A DNA stretch of 64,000 nt, taken from assembly GCA_951406725.2 (NCBI GenBank), contig OX597824.1, forward strand, positions 33,046,001-33,110,000. Direction: 5' to 3'. The translations under genes were made by a program, and so were the position numbers. Below are positions 49,451 to 62,359 of this stretch, piece after piece. This stretch comes from Octopus vulgaris. Taxonomy: Eukaryota. The first letter of the stretch is position 1; every line of letters starts with the position of its first letter. Below the pieces are notes generated by a model. That model saw nothing but the letters and a program-made list of their open reading frames with translations. It was not told the origin of the DNA and made no database searches.

Positions 49451-49884
49451 GGATCTTTTCGGTTTGAACGGCAGTTTTTTCTTGGGGTGCATATGAAATT
49501 GTCACCCATAATTATGACCCTAGAATCGATCTATTGCATTTCAATCTGTTTTAGGGTTAGGGGTGGTGTTAGGGTGGGGGGAAGGGTATCTGGATCTTTT
49601 TTTCTTCAGAAATGTAAATAAACCCAATCTGTTTCTTAAATGAGGGACATATCCATACGGCGCAGAATGTTTTTTTTTTACCTCAGTAGACGTCATTGAT
49701 TGGTTGAAATTGCAGAAATTGAAGAAAAAAACAACAACAAATATCTTACAAACTATAGAATTTTCTCAATAAAGCCAAGAGAAAAAGATGTTTTATAAAC
49801 ACATTCTACCAGTATACGAAGTTTAAAAGTGCTTAGTTACGTGGAAATTATTTTTAAAAACTGCCGGTCAAACTGAAAAGATCC
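49451..49884. mobile_element. Merlin-like MITE with 8-bp TSD
   Basis: AAACATTT|GGATCTTTTCGGTTTGAACGGCAGTTTTTT...AAAAACTGCCGGTCAAACTGAAAAGATCC|AAACATTT; internal TTAGGG and G-runs. Confidence 0.85.
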
Positions 49885-50706
49885 AAACATTTATATCGGA
49901 ACTGCAAAAAAGGTGACGACATATTGGCAGAATCATTTGCAGGCTGGACAGAATGTTGATCAGTATTTTTCGTCGAAGGAATTGCCCCAACTACTTATTT
50001 ATTTATTTATGTTTTAAGTCTTGTACTTATTCTATCAGTCGCTTTTGCTGAACACTACATTTATGGGGACGTAAACACACCAACTCCTGTTGTCAGGTGG
50101 CAGCGGTGGTAGTTGTGTGTGTGTGTGTATGTGCGCACGCGTGCGCGTCCTGTGTTTGTCTTTGTCCCCGGCATAACAAACCCACGGGCCGTAAACAAAC
50201 CAACTGGTGTTGGTTTGTTTATGGCCCATAGCCTGGCAGTACAGCAAAAGAGATAAGTACCAGACTTAAAAAAAAAAAAAAACGATAAGTACCAGGGTCA
50301 ATTTGTTTGACTAAACACTTCAGTGTGGTGCCCCAACATGGCCACATTATTTCAGTAACTGAAACAATTGAACAATAAAGATATAGTTACTTCACTTAAG
50401 AACTAATTGGTGAACTGAAAGCAGAACCAAACGTAGTCTTCTTAATTAAACTACTTCATTAACAACACATTAATTAGCCTGTATACAAGAGAGACTGCTG
50501 AATCCAGTAAGGTAGAAGGAAAAAAAAATCATTTGGTGTTTTTTCAAAATAATAGGCTAATTTTAAATTTTATTTTCAACTTCAGATTTTTTACAATTGT
50601 AGTTAAAGATTCAATTTTAATCCAGAATCTGCAAAATGAGACACTGGGAGGGTGAAATTGAGATCTTGGGGGTAAATTCACACCAATTTGGTAACTCCTA
50701 CTTTTT

Positions 50707-51035
50707 AGGAATTATTTATATTTATTTATGCGCCCTTTTCAAGCCTAGCCAGGCTAATGGGCCTGGTTTCCTAGTTTCTGTGGCATATGTGTTACCCCCA
50801 GCTGGACGGGACGCCAGTCCATCGCAGCATTACTCAAGAAACAGGAAGCGAGAGTGAGAGAAAGTTGGAGCAAAAGAGTACAAAAGGGGGGGGGGCCCAC
50901 CACCCCTGCTGGAGCTTCATGGAGCTTTAGGTGCTTTTGCTCAATAAACACACACAATGTCCGATCTGGGAATCGAAACCGCGATCCTCCGACCACGAGT
51001 CCGCTGCCCTAATCACTGGGCCATTGCACCTCCAC
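50707..51035 (-). mobile_element. SINE head C plus V-domain-like tail
   Basis: Head as in 59065; body GCTGCGATGGACTGGCGTCCCGTCCAG. Confidence 0.8.
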
Positions 51036-51611
51036 TTTATAGGAATATTGATTTCAAATTTTAGCATAGAGCCAGTAAGTCGATTGTATTGAACCCAGTG
51101 TTCAAATGGTCCTTATTTTATTAACCCTGAAAGAAGGAAAGGCAAAGTCAACCATGACAGAATTTGAACTCAGAATGTTAAGATGAACAAAATGCCTCTA
51201 AGCATTTTGCTCAGTATGCTAATGATTCTGCCAGCTCACTGCCTTTACTTTATAGAAATATTGGTTTCAAATTTTGGCACAAGGCTAGCAATTCCAGGAG
51301 AGGGGATAAGTTGATTACATTGACTCCAGTGTTCAACTGGTACTTATTTTACCGACCCCGAAAGGACGAAAGGCAAAGTCAACCTCAGTGGAATTTGAAC
51401 TCAGAACATACAGAGAAACAAACTTTATAGGAATATTAATTTACTTTATTTTACTGACCTTGGAGGGTTGAGCAACAGGTAGGATCTTGGTAGGATTTGA
51501 ATTTATTCTGTAAAGGACCAGAACTAATTACTAGAGGCATTTTGTTCAACATTCTGATGACTCTGTCAAGTAGAAGTAGTAAAAATATGCCATTAAAAAT
51601 TTATGTGGACA

Positions 51612-52510
51612 AATAATGTTCGTCGGTCATTGTCGATAATGACAAGGACATCAAATGGGAGGAGAAGATGGGTCACAGTGCATCCACCTATAGCTGATCA
51701 GGCTGATGCATGCTCGGTAGGTTCTGCCATGGATTGGGCACTGGTGTTCTGCTAGGAATAATAATGAAATTATTGTATACAGTGCTCAGGTGCACCACAA
51801 CTTGTCATAAGTGCGTATAAAGCATATGCAGTAATGTACAAATGTCTTGAAAATGAACAATGTATGAGTCAGATTCATGCTTACGTGTGTATGGAGGGGA
51901 GAAAATCAAGTGTAGTGTTGGTGAATCTCAGGAAGCATGGAAGTTTTCAAGGATGCAGTGCTCCAATAGCTAACAACTGATGCCGGCAGTTTGTTCCATG
52001 CTTCAGCAACTCTTAGTGTGAAAAAATGTTTCCGAAGGTCATGGGAGCTGTGCTGTTTTCTGACTTCGTAAACATGTCCACAGGTGGAGTTTGAAAAGGT
52101 GCTCAGAGTTATTGTTAGTAAGATGATTAATAATTTTATGGGTGTCTGCCAAGTCAGCTGCCAGACGTTGGAGTTTCAATGTATCCATGCCCAGGGAAGT
52201 AAGGTGTTCAGAATATGGCAAATACCTGATGGAGGGTATTCTCTTGGTTGCACGTCGCTGAACGAAGGCAAGGAGTTGGATCTGGACTTGCACAGTTTGT
52301 GTTTTCTTTGTGTTCCTGTGATTCTATGCTGTTCATAGGCGGTGGCACTTCTGCTGGTGCAGCTATGTCAGACAGGATGGTCTTGTGATTGCATTTCACA
52401 GATGTCAGGGTTGATCTGAAAGCACTTCAGTGAGGCTTTAAGTGTATCTTTGAAGTGCTTTTTCTGCCCATCTTGTGTGCATTTACCTTCACTCTAAAAC
52501 AAACTTTTGG
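51612..52510 (-). mobile_element. RTE (BovB-like) 3' end split by a CR1 insertion
   Basis: GQKKHFKDTLKASLK (about 52425-52470) continues after the insert as HQCPIHGRTYRACISLIS, a decayed C-terminal zinc finger. Confidence 0.78.
51758..52265 (-). mobile_element. CR1-type LINE 3' fragment
   Basis: VQRRATKRIPSIRYLPYSEHLTSLGMDTLKLQRLAADL; (ATT)n tail. Confidence 0.88.
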
Positions 52511-52784
52511 ACAAATACAGGTATATCAAATACCATAGAGTACAAATTCTTGATTTATTTAAAGGGGTTGTCCCATAATTATAAAATGGTAATTAAAACC
52601 TGTTCTATATGAAATCAGTTTCGTATGAAAAGGAAAGACAATCTCAAGAATCAAGAATCCTCCAAAGTTGACACACAGTTAAGGAAAAGGACAGGTTTAT
52701 TGTCTGGAGATGAAAAGGACACATGTTTTGTCCTCCATAGCCATCATCAGCACAATAATTTTCCTATCTTATCTCCTTTTGTTG

Positions 52785-53030
52785 GGGCACAAGGCTTGGT
52801 GGTTAAGGTGTTGGACTCATGCTCATAAGATTGTGGTTTCAATTTCTGGTCCAGGCGACATGTTGTATTCTTGAGCAAAACACTTCATTTCACATTGCTC
52901 CAGTCCACTCAGTTGGAAAAAATGAGTAGTCCTCTGACAGATCGGTGTCCCGTCCAGGTGGAGAATATCTATGCTATGGAAGCTGGGAAACCAGCCCTTA
53001 TGAGAAAGTATGACTTGAGAAGGTAACTTT
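52785..53030 (+). mobile_element. SINE head C' plus V-domain-like tail
   Basis: CTTGAGCAAAACACTTCATTTCACATTGCTCCAG followed by GTGTCCCGTCCAGG. Confidence 0.7.
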
Positions 53031-54089
53031 ACTATCATATCTCCTCTATCTAAGAGATATAAAAATATTCAAGGAAATGAAGAACATATCTTTTATCAAA
53101 CTAACTAGCTAATCAATTGTTTGTTTAATGTGCTGGTTAAACAATCAATTGGTAGTTTGCCAGTTACAGTTCTTTTGTTGCCATACATGACCTTTCCATT
53201 GATTTGCACTCTCTTTGAGGTCTGCTCTGAGTATCTTTCACTTGTTTCAGCCATTGGACTGTAGAAATGCCGGAGCACAACATTAGAGGCTTTTGCCAAG
53301 CAAATTTCTCTCATTACTTATTTTTAGGTCTTGTACCAAGTCTATTGACTCTTTTGCTGAACTGGAAAATTCAGCATTTAAACTGCTTGGAGACTTCATC
53401 CAACTAGATGAAATCTTCAAGTGGTTTGACCCTTTAACTTATTAGACCCAAATAATCTACCTGCTTTATGTTCAAGCTGGCCAGATTTGATCTCTTGCAC
53501 TGACTCTGTAATGCCACATTGTAGACTGGTTGATGTTAAGAAGGGCATACAGCCATAGAAACGGTGCCAAAGCTGTTGTTGGAGCCTGAAACAACTCTGT
53601 GATACATCAGATTCTGTCAACCCATCAAACCCATGCCAGCATGGAAAACAGATATTAACTGATGATGATGATGTTGGTGATGATAACGATGATGGCAACA
53701 ATGAAGATGATAATGATGATAGCAATGATGATGAAGATGATAAAAGTAAACTATCACATCATCAAAATCTCAAAGCTACAAAATAATGCTCTATTAATTC
53801 AAAACAATGAGAATAAAGAAGCATTACATTTGCCGGAGTATTTGAAATGCTAAAGGCTTAAATGCACAAGCTTCTGATATCTAAATAGTGTCAGCAGAAG
53901 GGTGCTCAAGAGTCATGACACAGATGTGGTCTGGCCCCCATTAATGCGTAAGAAGTTAAGGGCCAAAATACTTGTCTGAGGTAGGGGGTGGAGGTGGGGG
54001 CGGAGGTGGGGGTGGAGGTGGGTGTTTCTTCTCTGAAGACCTTCTGCTGTTCAGCTCTCTCTTGAGAGTTTTTTATCACCTGGACCATA

Positions 54090-54187
54090 ATCAAATCAAC
54101 ACCATTTGTTAGGTGGTGATTAAGTGATAAATACAAATAAAAACACAAAGACATACACACATTCATACATGTGTGTGTATGTGTGTG

Positions 54188-54253
<66 letters not shown>

Positions 54254-55165
54254 TGGTCTTCTACACAGTTTCCTATTTCTTTATTGCTCACAAGGAGCTA
54301 AACATAGAGGGGACAAACAAGGACAGACAAAGGGATTAAGTCGATTACATCAACCCCAGTGCATAACTAGTATTTAATTTATCTACCCTGAAAGGATAAA
54401 AGGCAAAATCAAACCTTGGTGGAATTTGAACTCAGAACATAGCAGCAGACGAAATACCTATTTCATTACTACCCACAAAGGGCTAAACACAGAGTGGACA
54501 AACAAGGACAGACAAACGGATTAAGTTGATTACTTTGAACCCCAGTGTGTAACTGGTACTTAATCGACACCGAAAGGATGAAAGGCAAAGTTGACCTCGG
54601 CGGAATTTGAACTCACAACATAATGGCAGACGAAATACCGCTAGGCATTTTGCCCGTCGTGCTAACATTTCTGCCAGCTCGCCGTCTTCTACACAGTTTC
54701 CGTCTACCAAATTCCCTCACAAAGCATTGGTTTGCTTCGGTCTATAGTTGAAGACAGTGAAGGCACATAGCTTAGTGGTTAGGGTACTCGGCTCACAATT
54801 GTAGGGTCATGAGTTCAATCCCCGGTAACTTGTTGTGTCCTTGAGCAAGACACTTTATTCCACGTTGCTCCAGTTCACTCAGTTGGCAAAAATGAGTAGT
54901 ACCTGTATTTCATAGGGCCAGCCTTGTCACAATCTGTGTCACGCCGAATCTCCCTGAGAACTACATTAAGGGCACATGTCTCTGTTGAGTGCTCAGTCAC
55001 ATGCACATTAATTCCATGAGCAGGCTGTTCCATTGATCAGGTCAACTGGATCCGTTTTTGTCATAACCGACGGAGTTCCAGTCTATAGTTGAAAACACTT
55101 GCCCCAGATGCTGCGCTGAGGAAATAAACTTGAAACCAAATGGTTGCAAAACGACCTTCAAACAC
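54090..55165. mobile_element. Nested SINE cluster (family A host with dimeric family B and C'X inserts)
   Basis: TSD GTCTTCTACACAGTTTCC flanks about 54274-54683; TSD GTCTATAGTTGAA flanks about 54753-55080. Confidence 0.8.
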
Positions 55166-55380
55166 TTGACATTCTTTTCCCTTGGTTATTTAAAAGCTAT
55201 ACGATATTTATTTGTAATAAATTATTTCAACAAGAACAGCTGTTAATTCCACTCAAATTAACTCTGGTAAAAGTATACTTCATAATGGACAATACAAGTG
55301 GGAGTTGTAACATTATCTACACAAGCTCTGATATTGGATTACCCAGAATAGAATGCATGATAAAGAAATGATACTAGAGC

Positions 55381-55875
55381 TTACATCCTCCTCCTCCTCC
55401 TCATCATCATCATCATCATTATCACCACCACCACCACCATCATCATCATCATCCCAATCACCACCACCACCGCACCCACCATCATCGCTGCCGCCGCCAC
55501 CACCGCCACTGCTGCTGCCGCCGCTGCCGCAGCCACCGCCGCCACCGCTGTCGCCGCCACCACCACCACCGCTGCCGCCGCCACCACCACCACCGCTGCC
55601 GCCGCCACCACCGCCACCGCTGCCGCCGCCACCACCGCCACCGCTGCCGCCGCCACCACCGACACCGCTGCCACCGCCACCACCACCACCATCATCATCA
55701 CTCCTTCATCGTCTTCATCTTTGCCTTCGTTGTCATCATTACCGTCATCATCATTGTTATAATCGTCATCATCTCATCATCAACATCATCATCGTCATTA
55801 TTTTCAATGCTGTCGTTATCATCATCATCATCATTACCATCACCACCATTGTCATCATCATCATCATCATCACTT
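55381..55875. repeat. Compound (TCC)/(TCA)/(CCA)/(CCG) triplet expansion
   Basis: Continuous with the (CAT)n tail of a minus-strand family D element at about 55875-56080; includes 24-bp CCGCTGCCGCCGCCACCACCRCCA units. Confidence 0.9.
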
Positions 55876-57010
55876 AATATCTGTTATCCTTGCTGAAAAG
55901 GGTTTGATGGTTTAACAGAATCAAATAAATTAGAGTTGTTTCAGGCTCCAACATCAGCTTCAGCACAGTTTCTATGGTTGGATGCCCTGCCTCACGCCAA
56001 CCACTCGTCAGTCTGTACTGGGTAGTTTTTGTTTCTTTTTCATGACACCTGTACTAGCAACATTGCCAAGTAACTTGCAAAACAGAAAAAAAAAATAATA
56101 ATAAAAGAGGAAAAGGTTAAACTATAGTTGTATCAAAACATAAATTCCTATCCATGTGCAAAGAGCACCATACAAGTGTGATCGTTGACAGAGCAGCTAA
56201 CTGGCTTCCGTGCCAGTGGTACATAAAAGCACCATTCGAGTGTGATCATTACTGGCGTTGCCTTACTGGCACTTGTGTCTCATGCTAGTTGGATGCTAAG
56301 AGCACCATTCGAGTGTGATCGTTGCCAGAGTGGCTTCCATGATGATGGCATGTAAAAGGCACCATTCGAGCGTGATCATTACCAGCGTCACCTTACTGGC
56401 ACCTATGCCAGTGGCATGTGTAAAAAGATTCAAGTGAAGTCATTGCCAGTACCACCCGACTGGACCCTGTGCCGGTGGCATGTAAAAGCACCCACTACAC
56501 TCTTGGAGTGGTTGGCATTAGGAAGGGCATCCAGCTGTAGAAACCCTGCCTGATCAAGATTGGAGCCTGGTGCAGCCATCTGGTTCGCCAGCCCTCAGTC
56601 AAATCATCCAACTCATGCCAGCATGGAAAGCGGACGTTAAACAATGATGATGATGATGATGATGATGCTGTTTAGCTTTATGTCAGTCCTGATCAAACCG
56701 ACATGACCAATGATGTCCTAATTAAGAGCATCTCATTCTTCTTGTGTCCTGTTCTTTTCATGTCTTGCAAGTTAGTCGGTGACTCACCTGTGCCTCTGGC
56801 ATGAAAAAATCCCCACCTGATACACACTTTATAGAGGTTGGCATTAGGAAGGGCATCCAGCCATAGAAACCACATCAAAGCTGACATTAGAGCTTCACGC
56901 AGCCCTGTAGCTTGCTGGATCCTGTCAAACTGTCCAACCCATTCCAGCAGAGAAAATGGACATTAAATGATGATGATGATGATGATGATGATAAAATATA
57001 TTGTCCAAGT

Positions 57011-57184
57011 AGGGGTAGAAATGGCTGTGTGGTAAGTAGCTTGCTAACCAACCACATGGTTCCGGGTTCAGTCCCACTGCATGGCGCTTTGGGCAAGTGT
57101 CTTCTACTATAGCCTCAGGCTGACCAAAGCCTTGTGAGTGGATTTGGTAGACAGAAGCTGAAAGAAGCCCATCTTATATATATG

Positions 57185-57237
<53 letters not shown>

Positions 57238-57244
57238 GTGTATG

Positions 57245-57275
<31 letters not shown>

Positions 57276-57497
57276 GTGTATGTATGTGTGTGTCTGTGTT
57301 TGTACCCCCGACATCGCTTGACAACCGATGTTGGTGTGTTTATGTCCCTGTAACTTAGTGGTTTGGCAAAAGAGACCAATAGAATAAGTACTAGGCTTAC
57401 AAAGAATAAGTCCTGGGGTCGATTTGCTCGACTAAAGGTGGTGCTCCAGCATGGCCACAGTCAAATGACTGAAACAGGTAAAAGAGTAAAAGAGTAA
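57011..57497 (+). mobile_element. SINE family A (full length)
   Basis: Colinear with 9741-10182. Confidence 0.88.
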
Positions 57498-57714
57498 GTA
57501 TATTCTTCTTATTTAAGAGGATACAGGTGTTATTTGAAGGTGATTTTACTGCTTTTTTTGTAGCTGGTCAAGAGAGCTCATAGAGGATCCCAGTTTTGAA
57601 AGAGTCATTACTTGTTTTTTACATCAGCCTATATTTATTTGTAGCATAAGATATAAAGCAATTCTCAAAAACATAATATGTATTCTTGGAATTCTAATGT
57701 TACACTAAAGTTTA

Positions 57715-58240
57715 TGTAGCGAATTCAAAATTGAATCACTTGATAACCAAGTAGACACCACAGTCAGACCACAGTTGTTTCATATGATCGGCCTATTAAA
57801 TGACCAATCAGCATCAAACCATTGCATAATTCGACTTTCTAGAACTTTCTCATTGTACCCTATATAAAGGCATGTTTTTTGGCTGTAATCCTAGAATGTT
57901 GAGACAACTGTTCAATGTCTCCATTCTCATTCTCCACCAGCCAATGGTAGATTGGAGACAGAAATTTTGTCACCATGAATATAGTTCAATTATTTTCCAG
58001 TTGTGATGGACCAGCTACAGATCGCTATACCAGTTTAAAATGTCATAGATCCCAACAGTCTGTCTCTCCCAGTGTGTAAATTGTCACTGTTAGTATGAGA
58101 AAAAAAGACCAGCACAGAAACTTTATGTGTAGTAATAAAATCTTTTGTTAATTGTTAATGAATGTTGCTTGTTATTTCTATACACAACCCTAGAAATACT
58201 TTTTCATTCACCAGCAGTAAACAAACACCAGCCTGTGACA
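57715..58240 (+). mobile_element. Probable solo LTR
   Basis: TTTA|TGT...ACA|TTTA; CCAAT (57804), TTCnnGAAnnTTC (57837-57849), TATATAAA (57861), AATAAA (about 58134). Confidence 0.45.
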
Positions 58241-58844
58241 TTTATAACATTTTTAGTAGAATGTAAGGTCTCCCTACTTAGTCAAAATAAAAGTATCTTT
58301 GTTATTAATGAGTTCAATAAAAAAATTATTGGCCTTCTTTGAAAATGTTGACATGGTTGTGTAGTAAAGAAACCTGTTTGGCAGCCATGTGTGTCTTCAG
58401 GATTTATCCTGCTATGTGACACTTTAAGCAAATATCTTCTACTACAACCCTGGGCCAATTAATGCATTTTGAATGAATTTAGTAGACAAAAACTGAAAGA
58501 AGACTATTGTATATATATATGTGTGTATTGTGTGTGTGTGCGTGCCTCTGTATGTTTGTCCTCCCCTCCACTAGTCAATAACCAGTCATGGTTTGTTTAT
58601 ATCCATGTAACTTTGCAATTTGGTGAGAGAGACTGATAGAATAAGTACCAGACTTTAAAAAAAAACAAGTACTAGTGTCTGGTGCTCCAGCATGGTCAAA
58701 GTGAAATGGCTGAAACAAGTAAAAACAAATGATAAATCATTTAATCCTAGTTCTGAAACCCTCTGGAATCTTCTTCTCACTCACGATTTTCTTGCATATG
58801 TTAATCTATAAAAGTTTTGAAATGGGCAGCCACAGTGTATAGAT

Positions 58845-59593
58845 CAGTGGTTCTTAACCTCGGGGTCACGCACCCTTCCCCCTAGGGGGCATCAGTAATT
58901 TCCAAGGAGAGTGCGAGCCCTTGAGAAAAAGCAGGAATTTCTCTAATTATATTTGTTATTCTCTTAACGAGATCATGGTCAAATAACAAGAAGTTTATGA
59001 AAAAATGCAAAAGTATCACCTTGTACCTTTAGTTTTCTTATTCTACTACCTTAGTGCTGCTTACCAGTGGAGGCGCATTGGCCCAGTGGTTAGGGCAGCG
59101 GACTCGCGGTAATAGGATCGCGGTTTCGATTCCCAGACTGGGCGTTGTGAGTGTTTATTGAGCAAAAACACCTAAAGCTCCACGAGGCTCCGGCAGGGGA
59201 TGGTGGTGATCCCTGCTGTACTCTTTCACCACAACTTTCTCTCACTCTTACTTCCTGTTTCTGTTGTACCTGTATTTCAAAGGGCCGGCCTTGTCACTCT
59301 CTGTGTCACGCTGAATATCCCCGAGAACTACGTTAAGGGTACACGTGTCTGTGGAGTGCTCAGCCACTTACACGTTAATTTCACGAGTAGGCTGTTCCGT
59401 TGATTCAGATCAACCGGAACCCTCGTCGTCGTAACCAACGGAGTGCTTCTACTAGTGCTGCTTACTATTTTCTGTATTTATTGACCCCACTTCATATCCC
59501 TTAAAACCCCTACAAATTCTGAATTGTAGCTTTAACATTTGCTTTTATTTTGTAATTTTTTTTTTGTTATAAGACTCAGGTTAAGAACCACTA
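58845..59593. mobile_element. hAT (Charlie-like) MITE with nested SINE
   Basis: TIRs CAGTGGTTCTTAACCT and AGGTTAAGAACCACTA; decayed 8-bp TSD GTATAGAT / GTATAAAG. Confidence 0.8.
59065..59452 (+). mobile_element. Full-length young SINE, head C plus tail X, 13-bp TSD
   Basis: TAGTGCTGCTTAC at 59052-59064 and 59453-59465; A and B boxes present. Confidence 0.9.
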
Positions 59594-60159
59594 GTATAAA
59601 GCTTAGATATTATTATCGTGTAAAGACAAACATCTTTTTCAGTTAATAGATTATAAACAAGTTTGATCCATAGTTTTCACATATATAAAATAATGTGATT
59701 CTTAAAAACCAAGAGATATGCTGAAACGTTATCAAATCATTATAGTAACATACTAAGAAATACTAACTTAATTTTAAAAACTGAAAACTATTTTTAAAAT
59801 TTTAGCAAGAGGAAGAGTATGATATATTTAAAAATAGGAAATAAAACAAAATGTATGTAATAGGCTCTGCTATTGCTCAATTTAATAAAGTCTCAAAAAA
59901 AAATTAAAACATAGATTGGAAAAATAAAAAAAAATTAACAATAAAGCCAAAATTTTTAATATTAAATGTTTATGTTAAAAATATAGTAAATTTTTTTGTA
60001 AGAAAAAAAAACAATAATATAAAGTCATATGTTAAACTAAAATTCAGATTTCAATATTACAGAAAGTACTAGGTAAAACTAAAAGCTATGCAAAATCTTT
60101 TCTTTTTTAAAGAAACTTTATTTTCATACAAATAAATACAATATTTTATTTTTTTATTC

Positions 60160-60340
60160 TTTTATTTGTTTCAGTCATTTGACTGTGGCTATGCTGGAGC
60201 ACCGCCTTTAGTCAGGACTTATTTTTTTGTAAGCCTAGTACTTATTCTATCAGTCTCTTTTGCCAAACTGTTAAGTTACAGGGACATAAACACACCAACA
60301 TTGGTTGTCAAGTGATGGTGGGGCAGCAAACACAGACACA

Positions 60341-60385
<45 letters not shown>

Positions 60386-60537
60386 TGGGCTTCTTTAAGT
60401 TTCCATCTAGCAAATCCATTCACAAGGCTTTGGTCGGCCCGAGGCTATAGTAGAAGACACTTGTCCAAGGTGCCATGCAGTGAGACTGAATTCAGGATCA
60501 CGTGGTTGGTAAGCAAGCTACTTACCACACAGCCACT
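60160..60537 (-). mobile_element. SINE family A
   Basis: Reverse complement of 9741-10182 with a small internal deletion. Confidence 0.85.
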
Positions 60538-60931
60538 CACAAATTTTTCATATAACTTTTGTTTTAATTTAACTTTTATTTCAAATTTTTTGTTTTAATT
60601 TGTTTTTCAGAACTTTTTACTCCAAGCTTTCTAACTTGGGCCTTGACATTACCTTATCTTTTGTTCATATATTTGCATTGCCCATCAAATAATTTGCAAT
60701 GGGTGCAAAGAAACAGAAGTGTCTTGATGAATATATTTGATTTTGATTCATGTCCCTCCAAAATACTGACACAGAAGTACCCCAGTGTGTGATATTTTAC
60801 AAAACTTTGAGCAGTGATGGAATGCGATCCTCACATTGGGAAGGCCACTTGAGGACAACACGTCCTCCTCTTGCAGACAAGCACAAGACATTCTCAAAAA
60901 CAAAAAGACATTTAGGGGACATACCCATACT

Positions 60932-61519
60932 ATAATAATAATGAAATTATTGTATACAGTGCTCAGGTGCACCACAACTTGTCAGAAAGTGCATATAAAG
61001 TATATGCAGTAATGTACAAATGTCTGGAAAGTGAACAATGTATGAGTCAGATACATGCTTGTGTGTGTATGGAGGGGAGAAAATCAGGTGTAGTGTTGGC
61101 GAATCTCAGGAAGCATAGAAGTTTTCAAGGATGCAGTGCTCCGACAACTAACAACTGATGCCGGCAGTTTGTTCCATGCTTCAGCAACTCTCAACGTGAA
61201 AAAATGTTTCCTAAAGTCATGGGAGCTGTGCTGCTTTCTGACTTTGTAAATATGTCCACGGGTGTTAGACGGGTGGATTTCGAAAAGGTGCTCAGAGTTA
61301 TTGTTTGTAAGATAGTTGATAATTTTATGGGTGTCTGCCAAGTCAGCTGCCAGACGTCGGAGTTTCAATGTGTCCATGCCCAGGGAAGTAAGGCGTTCAG
61401 AATATGGCAAATGCCTGATGGAGGGTATTCTTTTGGTTGCACGTCACTAAACAGCTTCCAGACGATTGATATCCTGGGCAAGATAGGGGTTCCAGACTGG
61501 TGATGCAAATTCCAGGTGA
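60932..61519 (-). mobile_element. CR1-type LINE 3' fragment
   Basis: HLEFASPVWNPYLAQDINRLEAV...YSERLTSLGMDTLKLRRLAADL...FFTLRVAEAWNKLPASVVSC; (ATT)n tail. Confidence 0.9.
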
Positions 61520-61689
61520 GGTTACCATAGATATATAAAGCCACAGATAGATAGTTGGATGTACAATGGAAACACATTTAGACCATCGTAACCATAAAAA
61601 TATGTTACATGACATTGTAAAATGAAAGGAAATAAATTTTGAGTATACACTCGTCTCCATATTCTCTATTTTTCTAATTATTTCTTATA

Positions 61690-61747
<58 letters not shown>

Positions 61748-62205
61748 TTCACCTAGATATTAGAACTCAATACAAATATGCTTCAGAAAAAAGCATCAGT
61801 CGAGAATAGAGTGCTATAAAAAAATTAGCTAAATGACAAGGAATCAGGTAATTATGTCAAGATCCCTGTGAAGTACATTACATAAGGTTTTGTTCCCTTG
61901 TCATTTATATAATCTCTCTCTCTCTCTGTCTCTCTCTCACACACATGTATTTATGTGTGTATGTATGTATGTATGTATCTATGTATGCATGTATATTCTT
62001 TTATATCATTTTATAATCATTTTGGAACAGTAGATTTTGAAAACACATGAAACTATAAATAATACCAATTTGAAAAACCCTTATGGATAGAAAAGCTGTT
62101 TTCAACCCAATATTTACTGTTATCCCTAGCTTTATTATGTGTTCCAAGAACCCCTGTTTCAAAAACGAATTATCCCATATTGTTTCTGAAGTTTGTAAAT
62201 ATCAC

Positions 62206-62244
<39 letters not shown>

Positions 62245-62273
62245 TGTATACACACACAACACACAGCACATAT

Positions 62274-62359
<86 letters not shown>

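Larger units (their letters stand above)
47900..50300. promoter_or_regulatory. CpG-retaining promoter-like domain 2
   Basis: Frequent CG in unique DNA (49010-49330, e.g. TCTCGCGT) compared with both flanks. Confidence 0.5.

Noticed and set aside
52625-52760. Hydrophilic ORF start MKRKDNLKNQESSK as a possible exon
   Set aside because: No convincing splice sites, no recognisable homology, and it runs into a SINE.
55353-55877. 174-aa proline-rich ORF resembling a formin or extensin
   Set aside because: Entirely triplet repeat continuous with a retroelement tail; no non-repetitive domain or clear splice context.
59068-59142. tRNA-like sequence (also about 12995 and 50960-51035)
   Set aside because: A and B boxes are present, but it continues into a shared SINE body with a TSD; it is a SINE head, not a tRNA gene.
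60748-60930. Moderately GC-rich unique stretch open on both strands
   Set aside because: No motif recognised and no splice signals; left unassigned.
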